Sequence record: NC_136442.1
Reading direction: 5' to 3' (one strand)
Source of the DNA: a phage
DNA: 50,809 bases
This document shows, piece after piece, positions 8,915 to 18,846 of the stretch. Every line of letters starts with the position of its first letter. The first letter of the stretch is position 1. The notes under the pieces are model-generated. The model did not search any database and was not told where the DNA came from. It worked only from the letters and a program-made list of their open reading frames with translations. The position numbers and the translations under genes are program-made.

Positions 8915-11900
8915 ATGGCTAAATATATGATAAGTGGCAGTAAAGGGGGCGGTCAAAAGCCCTACGTGCCAAAAGAGATGGAAGATAACCTGATCTCGAT
9001 AAACAAGATTAAAGTTTTGCTGGCTGTATCTGATGGCGAGTGCGATCCAGATTTTACGTTGCGTGATCTTTATCTTGATGATGTTCCGGTTATTGCCAGC
9101 GATGGCACTGTTAACTACGAGGGAGTTACGGCTGAATATAGGCCAGGTACGCAGACGCAAGATTACATCCAGGGTTTTACTGACACATCAAGTGAGGTTA
9201 CAGTTGCCAGAGATATTACCGGAGACAATCCTTATGTTATTTCTGTTACAAATAAAAACCTATCTGCGGTAAGAATAAAGATCCTGATGCCAGTAGGCAT
9301 TAAAACAGAGGATAATGGCGATCTTGTTGGCGTAAGGGTTGAGTATGCCGTAGATATGGCTGTTGATGGCGGTTCTTATAGCGAGGTTATGAGAGATGTA
9401 ATTGACGGCAAGACAAGATCAGGATACGACCGCAGCAGAAGGATTGATCTTCCTAAGTTTGATGAGCGCGTTTTAATCAGGGTTAAGCGACTTACCCCAG
9501 ACAGCACATCTTCAAAGGTGACTGATAAAATCAAACTGCAAAGTTACGCTGAGGTTGTGGATGCAAAATTCCGTTATCCTCTGACTGGCCTTGTATTTGT
9601 AGAATTTGACAGCGAATTGTTTCCTACACAAATCCCTAACATTTCTATAAAAAAGAAATGGAAGATTATTAATGTGCCAAGCAACTATGATCCAATATCA
9701 AGAGAATATCACGGGTCATGGGATGGGACTTTTAAGAAAGCGTGGTCAAATAATCCTGCATGGGTTCTTTATGATCTGGTGACGAATCAGCGTTATGGGC
9801 TTGACCAGCGAGAGTTAGGGATACAGATCGACAAGTGGAGCTTATACGAGGCAGGCGTTTACTGTGATCAGAAAGTTCCAGACGGTAAGGGCGGTACAGA
9901 GCCTCGCTACCTATGCGATGTGGTGATTCAGAATCAAGTTGAGGCTTATCAGCTAATCCGTGACATTTGCTCAATCTTTCGCGGAATGAGCTTTTGGAAT
10001 GGTGAGAGCTTATCAATCGTGATTGATAAGCCGCGCGATCCATCATACGTGTTTACTAATGAAAACGTCATCAACGGTGATTTTCAGTACACAACCGCAA
10101 GCGAAAAAAGCATGTACACGCAATGTAATGTGACGTTTGACGACGAACAAAACATGTATCAACAGGACGTCGAGGGGGTTTTTGATACTGAGGCGGCATT
10201 ACGATTTGGATACAATCCAACAAGCATTACAGCGATCGGGTGTACACGCAGGAGCGAAGCGAATCGTCGAGGTCGGTGGGTTTTGAAAACAAACCTTAGA
10301 AGCACTACTGTAAACTTTGCTACTGGACTGGAGGGGATGATTCCATCCATAGGTGATGTGATTGCTATCGCTGATAATTTTCAGAGCAGCAATCTAACGT
10401 TAAATCTTTCGGGCCGAGTAATGGAAGTTTCAGGCTTGCAAGTTTTCGTTCCGTTTAAAGTTGATGCGCGTCCTGGTGATTTTATTATCATCAATAAGCC
10501 GGACGGCAAGCCAGTTAAGCGAACGATCTCAAAGGTGAGCGCGGACGGAAAAACCATTGAGTTAAATATTGGCTTTGGTTTTGATGTTAAGCCAGACACT
10601 GTTTTTGCGATTGACCGTACTGACCTTGCGTTGCAGCAATACGTTGTGACCACTATCAGCAAGGGAGATGACGAAAACGAGTTTACCTATTCAATCACGG
10701 CTGTGGAGTACGATCCGAACAAATACGACGAGATTGATTATGGCGTAAACATTGATGACAGGCCTACTTCAATTGTTCAGCCTGACGTGATGGCAGCGCC
10801 GGAGAATGTTCAGATCTCATCTTATTCTCGCGTCGTGCAGGGTGTTAGCGTTGAAACTATGGTTGTTTCATGGGATAAGGTTCCTTACGCATCGCTTTAT
10901 GAAATGCAGTGGCGAAAAGGTGATGGTAACTGGCTGAATACGCCGCAGACCGCTAACAAAGAGATAGAGGTAGAAGGAATTTATTCAGGCAACTACCAAG
11001 TAAGGGTGAGATCCGTTTCTGCAAGCGGTAACACTTCCCCGTGGTCAAAGATTGCAACAGCTACCCTGACAGGTAAAGTTGGCGAGCCAGGAGCGCCGAT
11101 TAATCTTACAGCTTCTGATAATGAAGTTTTTGGCATTCGTGTCAAATGGGGCATGCCGGAAGGATCTGGCGATACGGCTTACATTGAGCTTCACCAATCG
11201 CCAGATGGAACGGTGGAAAACTCAAGTTTGCTTACGCTGATTCCATATCCTCAATATGAGTATTGGCATAGCACGTTACCAGCGGGTAAAGTTGTATGGT
11301 ATAGAATCCGTAGCGTTGACAGGATCGGCAACGTTTCAGGCTGGACTGACTTTGTTCGTGGCATGGCGTCAGATGATGTTGAATCTGTTTTAGGCGACAT
11401 TCTTGACAAGATTTTTGATACCGAAGCTGGTCAAGAAATCAAAGAGAACGCCATAGACAGTGCCAACAAAATCAAAGACCAGGCGCAATCAATCATCCAG
11501 AACGCATTGGCAAATGATTCTGATGTTAGAGTTATGAAAAAGGAGAATGGGAAACGGAAAGCTGAATTTAGGCAATCTATACAGATGATTGCTGATGAAA
11601 CAGAGGCAAGGGTAACAGCGTTAACGCAATTAAAAGCAGAATTTGATGAGGAGATAACTAGCGAAGTAACAAGACTTGATCAGGCGATCGCAACAGAATC
11701 AGAAACGCGAGCAACAGCTATAGAGGAATTAAAATCACAGATTGGTGATGATATTCAGGGGCAGTTAACGAGAGTTGAGGAAGCGATTGCAAGCGAAACA
11801 GAAGCGCGCGTTTCTGCCGATACTGCATTAACGGCAAAGTTTGGTGATCTTGAGTCAGCACTTACTGAAAAACTTGATTCATGGGCTGGCGTTGATTCCG

Positions 11901-12340
11901 TTGGTGCTCAATATTCAATGAAGCTGGGCCTAACCTATAACGGTCAGCAGTACAGCGCCGGAATGGTTATGCAGTTAACGCAATCACCGCAAGGATTAAT
12001 ATCACAGATTCTGTTTGACGCTAACAGATTCGCGATCATGACAAGTTCTAGCGGCGGGGTATATACGCTTCCTTTCGTGGTTGAGAATAACCAGGTTTTC
12101 ATCAATAGCTTACTTGTGAAAGATGGTTCAATAACTAATGCTATGATTGGAAACTTTATTCAGTCAAACAATTTTGTTCAAAATCAGCAAGGTTGGAGGC
12201 TTGATAAAAACGGAATATTTGAAAACTACGGATCAACTCCAGGAGAGGGAGCTACTAAATTCACCAACGAAGGATTGAAGGTAAAAGATGCAAACGGAGT
12301 ATTGAGGGTTGAAGTCGGAAGGATTACCGGAAGCTGGTAA
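8915..12340 (+). CDS. host specificity protein J-like (central tail fibre / tip)
   Basis: About 1140 aa, last gene of the lambda-like tail tip cluster; start chosen at MAKYMISGSK. Confidence 0.8.
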   Translation: MAKYMISGSKGGGQKPYVPKEMEDNLISINKIKVLLAVSDGECDPDFTLRDLYLDDVPVIASDGTVNYEGVTAEYRPGTQTQDYIQGFTDTSSEVTVARDITGDNPYVISVTNKNLSAVRIKILMPVGIKTEDNGDLVGVRVEYAVDMAVDGGSYSEVMRDVIDGKTRSGYDRSRRIDLPKFDERVLIRVKRLTPDSTSSKVTDKIKLQSYAEVVDAKFRYPLTGLVFVEFDSELFPTQIPNISIKKKWKIINVPSNYDPISREYHGSWDGTFKKAWSNNPAWVLYDLVTNQRYGLDQRELGIQIDKWSLYEAGVYCDQKVPDGKGGTEPRYLCDVVIQNQVEAYQLIRDICSIFRGMSFWNGESLSIVIDKPRDPSYVFTNENVINGDFQYTTASEKSMYTQCNVTFDDEQNMYQQDVEGVFDTEAALRFGYNPTSITAIGCTRRSEANRRGRWVLKTNLRSTTVNFATGLEGMIPSIGDVIAIADNFQSSNLTLNLSGRVMEVSGLQVFVPFKVDARPGDFIIINKPDGKPVKRTISKVSADGKTIELNIGFGFDVKPDTVFAIDRTDLALQQYVVTTISKGDDENEFTYSITAVEYDPNKYDEIDYGVNIDDRPTSIVQPDVMAAPENVQISSYSRVVQGVSVETMVVSWDKVPYASLYEMQWRKGDGNWLNTPQTANKEIEVEGIYSGNYQVRVRSVSASGNTSPWSKIATATLTGKVGEPGAPINLTASDNEVFGIRVKWGMPEGSGDTAYIELHQSPDGTVENSSLLTLIPYPQYEYWHSTLPAGKVVWYRIRSVDRIGNVSGWTDFVRGMASDDVESVLGDILDKIFDTEAGQEIKENAIDSANKIKDQAQSIIQNALANDSDVRVMKKENGKRKAEFRQSIQMIADETEARVTALTQLKAEFDEEITSEVTRLDQAIATESETRATAIEELKSQIGDDIQGQLTRVEEAIASETEARVSADTALTAKFGDLESALTEKLDSWAGVDSVGAQYSMKLGLTYNGQQYSAGMVMQLTQSPQGLISQILFDANRFAIMTSSSGGVYTLPFVVENNQVFINSLLVKDGSITNAMIGNFIQSNNFVQNQQGWRLDKNGIFENYGSTPGEGATKFTNEGLKVKDANGVLRVEVGRITGSW

Positions 12341-12345
12341 AAAAA

Positions 12346-12368
12346 GGGGGCATAGCCCCCTTTAATTT
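12346..12368. terminator. bidirectional terminator between J and the leftward locus
   Basis: GGGGGC-ATA-GCCCCC hairpin flanked by A-run and T-run. Confidence 0.8.
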
Positions 12369-12982
12369 TAATCATAGTGTGATGCATTTATAACCAAAAC
12401 AGATGAGGCGGTGTAAATACCAACAGGTCCAGGGGTTTGTGCAACCTGCCTGGAAAAAGAGTAGATCCCGTTACCATACGCGGCAGCTTGAGACTCAAAA
12501 ATCATAAATCCACCTAAAGCCGGATTAGGTACAGAGTTTAACGCTGTTAGTGATGGCATTATTGCGCAAGGGTAGCCCAGGTTAACATCAAACGCGATCC
12601 CGCTCACACCAACTTGCTTTGCATCAAGCGGCCTCATTTTTCCATGATAAACCATTTCACCATGAGCGTTATAAAACGCTATGCCGTGACTACCTGGAGG
12701 AGTCACCATGTTACTAAAAGCATAAACAATAACCTCCCCTTGATTATCAGATCTATCAATTCTTATTGCGTGCCTTCCGCCATTGTTAAATTGCGTAAAT
12801 GATATGTATGATTTAGCAGTCAATCTAACAAAGAAAAAACATACCCTATCAACAGGAATTGACGAAGTAAAAACGGTTCCGGTATTAGCAGATATTACGG
12901 CCCGATCAATTAGATTAACTGGAGTGAAATCTGGACTTAACCATAACGATCCGTCTGGTTTTTTTATACTCATCCCGTACAT
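12368..12982 (-). CDS. hypothetical protein, candidate receptor-binding protein (or C-terminal part of one)
   Basis: 204-aa ORF downstream of J on the opposite strand; ATG chosen after GGGGG RBS; a T5G5 run separates it from the upstream ORF in another frame. Confidence 0.5.
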   Translation of the reverse strand: MYGMSIKKPDGSLWLSPDFTPVNLIDRAVISANTGTVFTSSIPVDRVCFFFVRLTAKSYISFTQFNNGGRHAIRIDRSDNQGEVIVYAFSNMVTPPGSHGIAFYNAHGEMVYHGKMRPLDAKQVGVSGIAFDVNLGYPCAIMPSLTALNSVPNPALGGFMIFESQAAAYGNGIYSFSRQVAQTPGPVGIYTASSVLVINASHYD

Positions 12983-12984
12983 TA

Positions 12985-13263
12985 TCACCCCCAAAAAGTA
13001 TATATATATCTTGAATCAGATCCAGAAAGCCCACTCCATGTAACGGTGTCGCCACTTACCCCTAAGTTTGGCGCTCCAGGGTCGCCACCACGCCAGGAAT
13101 TCATGCCAACATATATTGCTTTCAATGATTTACCTGGTGGCCTGTTTTGGTAAGTCTTGCTACCTGATGGCTGAGTGAATTTATCAAGGAAGAAAACAGG
13201 CGTTAAAAGTCCTGTAACTTCCCTTCCTCGATCGTCATATATTGCATAACCATATTGCGCCAT
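12985..13263 (-). CDS. hypothetical protein (92 aa), possibly N-terminal part of a frameshifted receptor-binding gene
   Basis: GAGGTG RBS; ends in TGA inside a TTTTTGGGGG run just upstream of the next ORF. Confidence 0.5.
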   Translation of the reverse strand: MAQYGYAIYDDRGREVTGLLTPVFFLDKFTQPSGSKTYQNRPPGKSLKAIYVGMNSWRGGDPGAPNLGVSGDTVTWSGLSGSDSRYIYTFWG

Positions 13264-13532
13264 TAATTACACCTCAAATCAATAAATTTACTTTCATTTT
13301 GCCAACGGTTGATAAATTTAACTTCTTTATTGTCAACGCTCAACCTGTATTGCTTTTGGCTGAATCTGTTTTCGCGTACTGCATTAATTTTAACTTCATG
13401 GAATCCGTTAACAGGGAATGTTTTAACGTTAAATTTTGCCGTGCAGTCGATCTCATTGAAGTTGCCAGTAGGAGACGCTGCGCACCCGGTCAGAGCGGCT
13501 ACAGTGGCGATAACTGCGATTAATTTTTTCAT
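13263..13532 (-). CDS. lipoprotein, candidate superinfection-exclusion protein (Cor/Llp-like role)
   Basis: N-terminus MKKLIAVIATVAALTGC carries a lipobox; AAGGAG RBS 8 nt upstream of ATG at 13532. Confidence 0.6.
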   Translation of the reverse strand: MKKLIAVIATVAALTGCAASPTGNFNEIDCTAKFNVKTFPVNGFHEVKINAVRENRFSQKQYRLSVDNKEVKFINRWQNESKFIDLRCN

Positions 13533-13563
13533 CTTCAATACTCCTTAGTTGTCGTTGCCTGTA

Positions 13564-13606
13564 ACTATACACGATCCGACAAGCGGCGTTTAGCAAAAAG
13601 TGCTAC
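13564..13606 (-). promoter_or_regulatory. motif-type promoter cassette (variant GTAGCACTTTTTGCTAAAC, 18-nt spacer, TATAGT) for the lipoprotein gene
   Basis: Motif, spacing and -10-like hexamer read on the minus strand. Confidence 0.55.
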
Positions 13607-13975
13607 TTGTTATTTTTTGTTTTTCGGCGTTATCGAATTTAAGGCGGCGTAAATTTAGCGCAAATTTTAGCCAACATAAGGGCAATAAACAATCAATAAA
13701 ATAGATATATACATATAAAATCAATAGTTTATTTATTTATGTATGTATATTTGTTTTTTCTTGTTATCTGTGTTTCTTGTGGTTTTGGTTGTTTGTGGTG
13801 ATTTTTCTTTCTGAGTATCTGTATGTGCCATCATTCATGTGTATGTATATAATCCGGCGTATCTGAGAGAACAAGGGAACAAGAAAAATAACACATATTA
13901 ATCATTGACTTACGTTTCAAATTTGTTTTATTGCAATCTAAGAACGTTTAGAAAACAGAAAAAACAAAACAGCTA

Positions 13976-14003
13976 TTGACTAAATCAACCAAATGGCTAC
14001 AAT
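13976..14003 (+). promoter_or_regulatory. sigma70-type promoter TTGACT-16-TACAAT driving the exonuclease-Erf-SSB module
   Basis: Near-consensus -35 and -10 at correct spacing, 30 nt upstream of the RBS/ATG at 14034. Confidence 0.65.
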
Positions 14004-14033
14004 GCACACACAAAGCAACAAGGAGCATCAAAG

Positions 14034-15089
14034 ATGAGTGATTTTAACGCCTACACTAGCGAAGAAATGAGCAATGAGCTTTATCATGATCCTAACGCGT
14101 GGACGGCTGAATACGTCAGCGGTTCCAGCTTGGCGGAGATTTACAGCACTTGCCCGGCGTACTGGAAGTACAAGCCTCGCCAGGAAACTAAGGCACTTGT
14201 TTTCGGTACGCAGTCGCATACCAATTTTGAAAGCAAGGAGTTATTCGAAAAAACATATCGCCGCGCACCGTCGCAGGATGACTTTAAAGATCTGATCACA
14301 AGCCAAACTGCGTTAGCTGCAAAGCTGAAATCTTTTGGCCTGAAAGGTACAACGGGTAAGCAATATCCAGAATTGCTGGAAATGCTGTACAAGTGCGGTG
14401 AGGATCTCAATGTATGGTGGCTTATCGAAATGATGGCAGAATGCCAGGCCGCAGCGGACGGAGTGCAGTTAATCGACGCGAAAGATTATGATGCCTGTGT
14501 AGCGATGCGGCGCGTACTTGAGGCAATACCTGAGCATAATGCTTGCATGAATAGCCCAACCGCGCAGCGTGAAATGTCAATATTCGGGATCATCAATGGC
14601 GTAAAAGTTAAAGTGCGCCTTGATCACGTTGACGTAAACAAGGATGTAAAGGCCACAATCATTAACGGTTACGACGAAAAAGGCCGACCGATTTATGAAG
14701 AAGTCATCTATCCAGAAGCTGTGATTATCACTGACTATAAAACAACGGTTAGCGCAAATCCGGTTGACTTCCAGCGCCTGGCTTACAATCACGGCTATTA
14801 TCTCAAAATGGCTTTGCAGCATGATTTATTTAAAAAGGCGTATCCAGACGAGGAAAGGCCAGTAATTGTGAGATTGCTTGCTCAAGAGAAGAAAGAGCCT
14901 TACTTGCCGCTCGCATTCCGCATGAACATTGAGCAATTGAAGATCGGGCGTATCCAGTACATGAGCGTGATCAACAAGTTCAACGTTTGCCAACAGTTAG
15001 ATGAATGGCCTTCGTATGCAAACGGGCAGCCAGAAATTGATCTTGATACTCCTGATTGGGTGCGCGCTCAATTCAGGCAGTATCTATAA
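14034..15089 (+). CDS. PD-(D/E)XK family exonuclease (recombination exonuclease)
   Basis: RLDHVD ... ITDYKT motif pattern; adjacent to Erf and SSB. Confidence 0.65.
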   Translation: MSDFNAYTSEEMSNELYHDPNAWTAEYVSGSSLAEIYSTCPAYWKYKPRQETKALVFGTQSHTNFESKELFEKTYRRAPSQDDFKDLITSQTALAAKLKSFGLKGTTGKQYPELLEMLYKCGEDLNVWWLIEMMAECQAAADGVQLIDAKDYDACVAMRRVLEAIPEHNACMNSPTAQREMSIFGIINGVKVKVRLDHVDVNKDVKATIINGYDEKGRPIYEEVIYPEAVIITDYKTTVSANPVDFQRLAYNHGYYLKMALQHDLFKKAYPDEERPVIVRLLAQEKKEPYLPLAFRMNIEQLKIGRIQYMSVINKFNVCQQLDEWPSYANGQPEIDLDTPDWVRAQFRQYL

Positions 15090-15164
15090 CAAACTAAACA
15101 AATAGCTAAACTTTTATAATGGTTGGTGATATAATTCGCCAACCAGATAACAGGAGAATTAGAG

Positions 15165-15422
15165 ATGACAGATAAAGACAATGCCACATTATTGCATTTA
15201 GAACGATTCATTGATCGAGTAACCATTGCAATGAAAGAATTTATTAAGCCGATGAACATTAAAGAGTCGGAAGAAATGAAGACTTACATCAAGGACGTGG
15301 TTGCATCCATTGACAACGTTATCCTTGTTGCAACGATGAGCAAGGGAAACAAAGAGCGCGAGAGGTTGGTTGCTGAATCAACAGAAGAATTTATTAAAAT
15401 GCTTGAAAGCGAGAAGGAATAA
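15165..15422 (+). CDS. hypothetical acidic protein (85 aa)
   Basis: ORF with AGGAGA RBS between exonuclease and Erf genes. Confidence 0.55.
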   Translation: MTDKDNATLLHLERFIDRVTIAMKEFIKPMNIKESEEMKTYIKDVVASIDNVILVATMSKGNKERERLVAESTEEFIKMLESEKE

Positions 15423-16079
<657 letters not shown>

Positions 16080-16122
16080 TAAACGGGGCGCTTGCGCCCC
16101 TTTTGTCATAGGAGAAAACAAA

Positions 16123-16575
16123 ATGCACGTTATTACAGGTGAGATCCGAAAAGAGCCAAAAGTAAAGCAAATGCCTAACGGCAGCACGCTATATGTTGTT
16201 GAGCTTTCCGAACGATATAAAGACCGTGAAGGTAATTGGCAGTATACAAACTATGTGTTTTTCTTTAACGCGAAAACAGACGGCCTGAATGGTTGGTATG
16301 CTGAGGCGTTCCAGGTAGGCAAGGTTATTTCTGTTTCCTGCGATACATTGCGAGTTGAAACGCGAGAATACAACGGAAAGATTTACAGCACAGTGCAGCC
16401 TGGCGGATTTGCAAATCTGCTATTTAGCCAGCGCGGAGAAAGCCAGCAGCAATATCAGCAGCGAACGCAAGGAGGCTGGGGGCAACCACAACAGCAACAG
16501 CAACAAAACCATCAACAGCAACCACAGCAAAGCAATCAGCCGCCGATTGACTTTGATGATGACATCCCTTTCTGA
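16123..16575 (+). CDS. ssb: single-stranded DNA-binding protein
   Basis: OB-fold-like N-terminus, Q-rich linker, acidic C-terminal tail DFDDDIPF typical of SSB. Confidence 0.8.
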   Translation: MHVITGEIRKEPKVKQMPNGSTLYVVELSERYKDREGNWQYTNYVFFFNAKTDGLNGWYAEAFQVGKVISVSCDTLRVETREYNGKIYSTVQPGGFANLLFSQRGESQQQYQQRTQGGWGQPQQQQQQNHQQQPQQSNQPPIDFDDDIPF

Positions 16576-16584
16576 TAACAAAAA

Positions 16585-16610
16585 GCCCCGCATATGCGGG
16601 GCATATTTTA
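16585..16610. terminator. bidirectional terminator between ssb and the tail fibre gene
   Basis: GCCCCGC-ATAT-GCGGGGC hairpin flanked by A-run and T-rich tract. Confidence 0.75.
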
Positions 16611-18740
16611 TTTATCACTTAACTTTGAAATTAAATTTCTAATTTCGTTAATTTCTGATTTTAACATTTCTATTTCCTCTTGCTGTTTTTTTATTAATTC
16701 CTCTTGTCTATCTGAGTCATAGATCATCTCATTTATAGCATTTACAAGCAATGCAGTAACGCCGCTATAACTTACACCCAAGTAATCAGAGTCTGATATT
16801 TTGTAAACAGCCTCCGGTAAAACATTTTGCACATCTTGAGCTATTACCCCAGCCTCTTCTGAGTACAAAGAATGTTCATCTTCATCAATATTATTTCTCT
16901 TAAAATAAGTATAACCTTTTATTGATTTTACCTTATCTTTGGCTGATTTGATCTCTTTTAAATTTGCTTTAAGCCTGATGTCAGAAGTGCTAACCCATTG
17001 AACGCATGATGCGTAACCAGCATCGTTAAATGAGTAAATCGCCCCCCTTACATTAAATCGAGTATCACAAGATCCTGAACTATATCTAACAACATCAAGA
17101 CCAGCAACCCAATCTCCTCCCCATCTAACAGCCTTAAAAACGTTTGATGCTGCATCATCTCCTGGCAACTCAACAAGAAGGCCTGCCGCTCGATCCCTCC
17201 AGTCAACAAAGCCACCCCCAGATACTTGACCGCCAATTAGAGCATTGCCTCCGCCAATTCTAGATCCTGAAACTCTAATGCCATTTGCGTTATTATCAAT
17301 AGGCCATATGTTTAAAAGACCGTTAAGATGAAAGTTTTGAGGATCAAATGATGCAACGTTTCTACCATTACAAAAAACCTGCAATACTCCGTCGCCGCCT
17401 TGCTTAAACCCGGTGTCGCTATCACCTATAACTAACGAATTAGACCCAAGTGAATTTATAATGCCTCTACCAATTGTTATTGTATTGTAATTTATGGCGT
17501 TTCCGCTTTCGTCAAATTGATAATAGTTTGTATCTCCACCTTCTCTTGTTACCTGTATTGTTGCTTTAGCTGTACCACCTATAATTTCATTGTAGACCCT
17601 TGAGTATGAAAGCTGCACACCTTCTGCGTTCTTGTTTCTAAGGTAAAGAATGCCTGATGCTTCTCCGTTGTTGTTATCAAGATTTACCCCCAAGAATACA
17701 GGGATATGATTTGTCGCAAGCCCTAAATTGTGCCTTACTCCATCGGGAGTTGTTGCGCCTGTACCGCCAGCGCCAATAGAAAGCGCATATGTAGCGTTAT
17801 CACTATTACTTGCAACTCTCCATTCTCCATTGTTAGCAATCCTCAATTCATAGCTTGCTTGCGGATTAGTAAAGCTGTTGTAATCGCCAGGCGTTGAATG
17901 AGAAGCCGGATCATTGCTAATTACCGCTTGAACCTGCAACACTTTTCTTGCTTCAGCCTTATCAGTAAGATCATTAAGGTTTTGATCCTTATGGAGAATA
18001 TTTTCAGGATTTACTTGTTGCGCCCATTGCATAGCCTCATCTCTTGCAGATTCAGCGGCTGATTTTGCACTTTCAGCATAATTCTTGGCATTGTCAGCCT
18101 CATTTTTAGCATTAATTGCGCCATCTCTAGCCGATTCAGCCTCTGATTTAATGCTTGTAACCTCAACAACTGCAGAGTCCTTTATTTGCTGAGTCTGATC
18201 TTTAATTGATTGAGCCTCGTTTTTTATGGCGTTAGTTTCGCTTACTGCGTCATCTTTGATCTTCTGAGTTTCAGCTAGGGCAGAATCCTTTATCTGTTGA
18301 GTGTCATTTTTTAATTGCTCAGTGGCTGCGCGATCTGTTGCTACTTGTTGCGCAGACTCCTTAACTTGATTCACCAGATCCTTTAAGCCATCCAAATCAA
18401 AATCTTTAAAAAACTCTATTGCTTCTGCAATTTCTGTTTCCTTGCTCTGGTAATAACGCAAAGTTTCCGCTACATCCTGCGCAAGCCCGTCAATCGTTAA
18501 CGAGTCATGAAGCAAGATCAGGTAATTTGTTTGTTGAACTACTTCACCGCCAGTAGTAATGGCGCGAATGCTTGTATCGCTAATCACCTCTGTGATCACG
18601 GCAGCTTGCAAAGGTTGAGTAAGAAAGAAAATAGTTGCACCTGGGCGAATCAATGTTAATTGCTCGCGCCATTTTGTGTCGTAACCAGTAACATAACCTT
18701 GAGCGTCCATCGACGCTTGGCCTTGTCTGTAAATCGCCAT
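16608..18740 (-). CDS. tail fibre protein with C-terminal intramolecular chaperone (peptidase S74-like) domain
   Basis: 710 aa; central coiled-coil repeats and Gly-rich region; C-terminal chaperone-type segment ending ...[15 protein letters not shown]; start MAIYRQG after AGGAGGA RBS. Confidence 0.7.
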   Translation of the reverse strand: MAIYRQGQASMDAQGYVTGYDTKWREQLTLIRPGATIFFLTQPLQAAVITEVISDTSIRAITTGGEVVQQTNYLILLHDSLTIDGLAQDVAETLRYYQSKETEIAEAIEFFKDFDLDGLKDLVNQVKESAQQVATDRAATEQLKNDTQQIKDSALAETQKIKDDAVSETNAIKNEAQSIKDQTQQIKDSAVVEVTSIKSEAESARDGAINAKNEADNAKNYAESAKSAAESARDEAMQWAQQVNPENILHKDQNLNDLTDKAEARKVLQVQAVISNDPASHSTPGDYNSFTNPQASYELRIANNGEWRVASNSDNATYALSIGAGGTGATTPDGVRHNLGLATNHIPVFLGVNLDNNNGEASGILYLRNKNAEGVQLSYSRVYNEIIGGTAKATIQVTREGGDTNYYQFDESGNAINYNTITIGRGIINSLGSNSLVIGDSDTGFKQGGDGVLQVFCNGRNVASFDPQNFHLNGLLNIWPIDNNANGIRVSGSRIGGGNALIGGQVSGGGFVDWRDRAAGLLVELPGDDAASNVFKAVRWGGDWVAGLDVVRYSSGSCDTRFNVRGAIYSFNDAGYASCVQWVSTSDIRLKANLKEIKSAKDKVKSIKGYTYFKRNNIDEDEHSLYSEEAGVIAQDVQNVLPEAVYKISDSDYLGVSYSGVTALLVNAINEMIYDSDRQEELIKKQQEEIEMLKSEINEIRNLISKLSDK

Positions 18741-18757
18741 TTGTAAAATCCTCCTAA

Positions 18758-18778
18758 ATAGCACTTTTTGCTAATGAC
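18758..18778 (+). promoter_or_regulatory. 20-nt family motif (variant ATAGCACTTTTTGCTAATGAC) directly abutting the tail fibre RBS on the opposite strand
   Basis: Motif read directly; lies between the primase terminator and the tail fibre start. Confidence 0.55.
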
Positions 18779-18814
18779 AATGCAGATAATAGCATTTTCA
18801 AATGCAAAAAAAAA

Positions 18815-18840
18815 CCCCGCATAAGCGGGGCAATACTAGC
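18815..18840 (-). terminator. intrinsic terminator after primase gene
   Basis: CCCCGC-TTAT-GCGGGG hairpin followed by T9 on the minus strand. Confidence 0.8.
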
Positions 18841-18846
18841 GGAGTT

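Noticed and set aside
16441-16540. CAG/CAA-rich tract as a possible tandem repeat or mobile element
   Set aside because: It encodes the glutamine-rich flexible linker of SSB immediately before the acidic tail; a low-complexity coding region, not an independent repeat element.
16355-16642. Plus-strand ORF 16355..16642 and minus-strand ORF 16424..16618 overlapping the ssb 3' end
   Set aside because: They overlap the Q-rich low-complexity region of ssb, whose repetitive CAG/CAA codons keep alternate frames open; the ssb frame is the one with conserved features.
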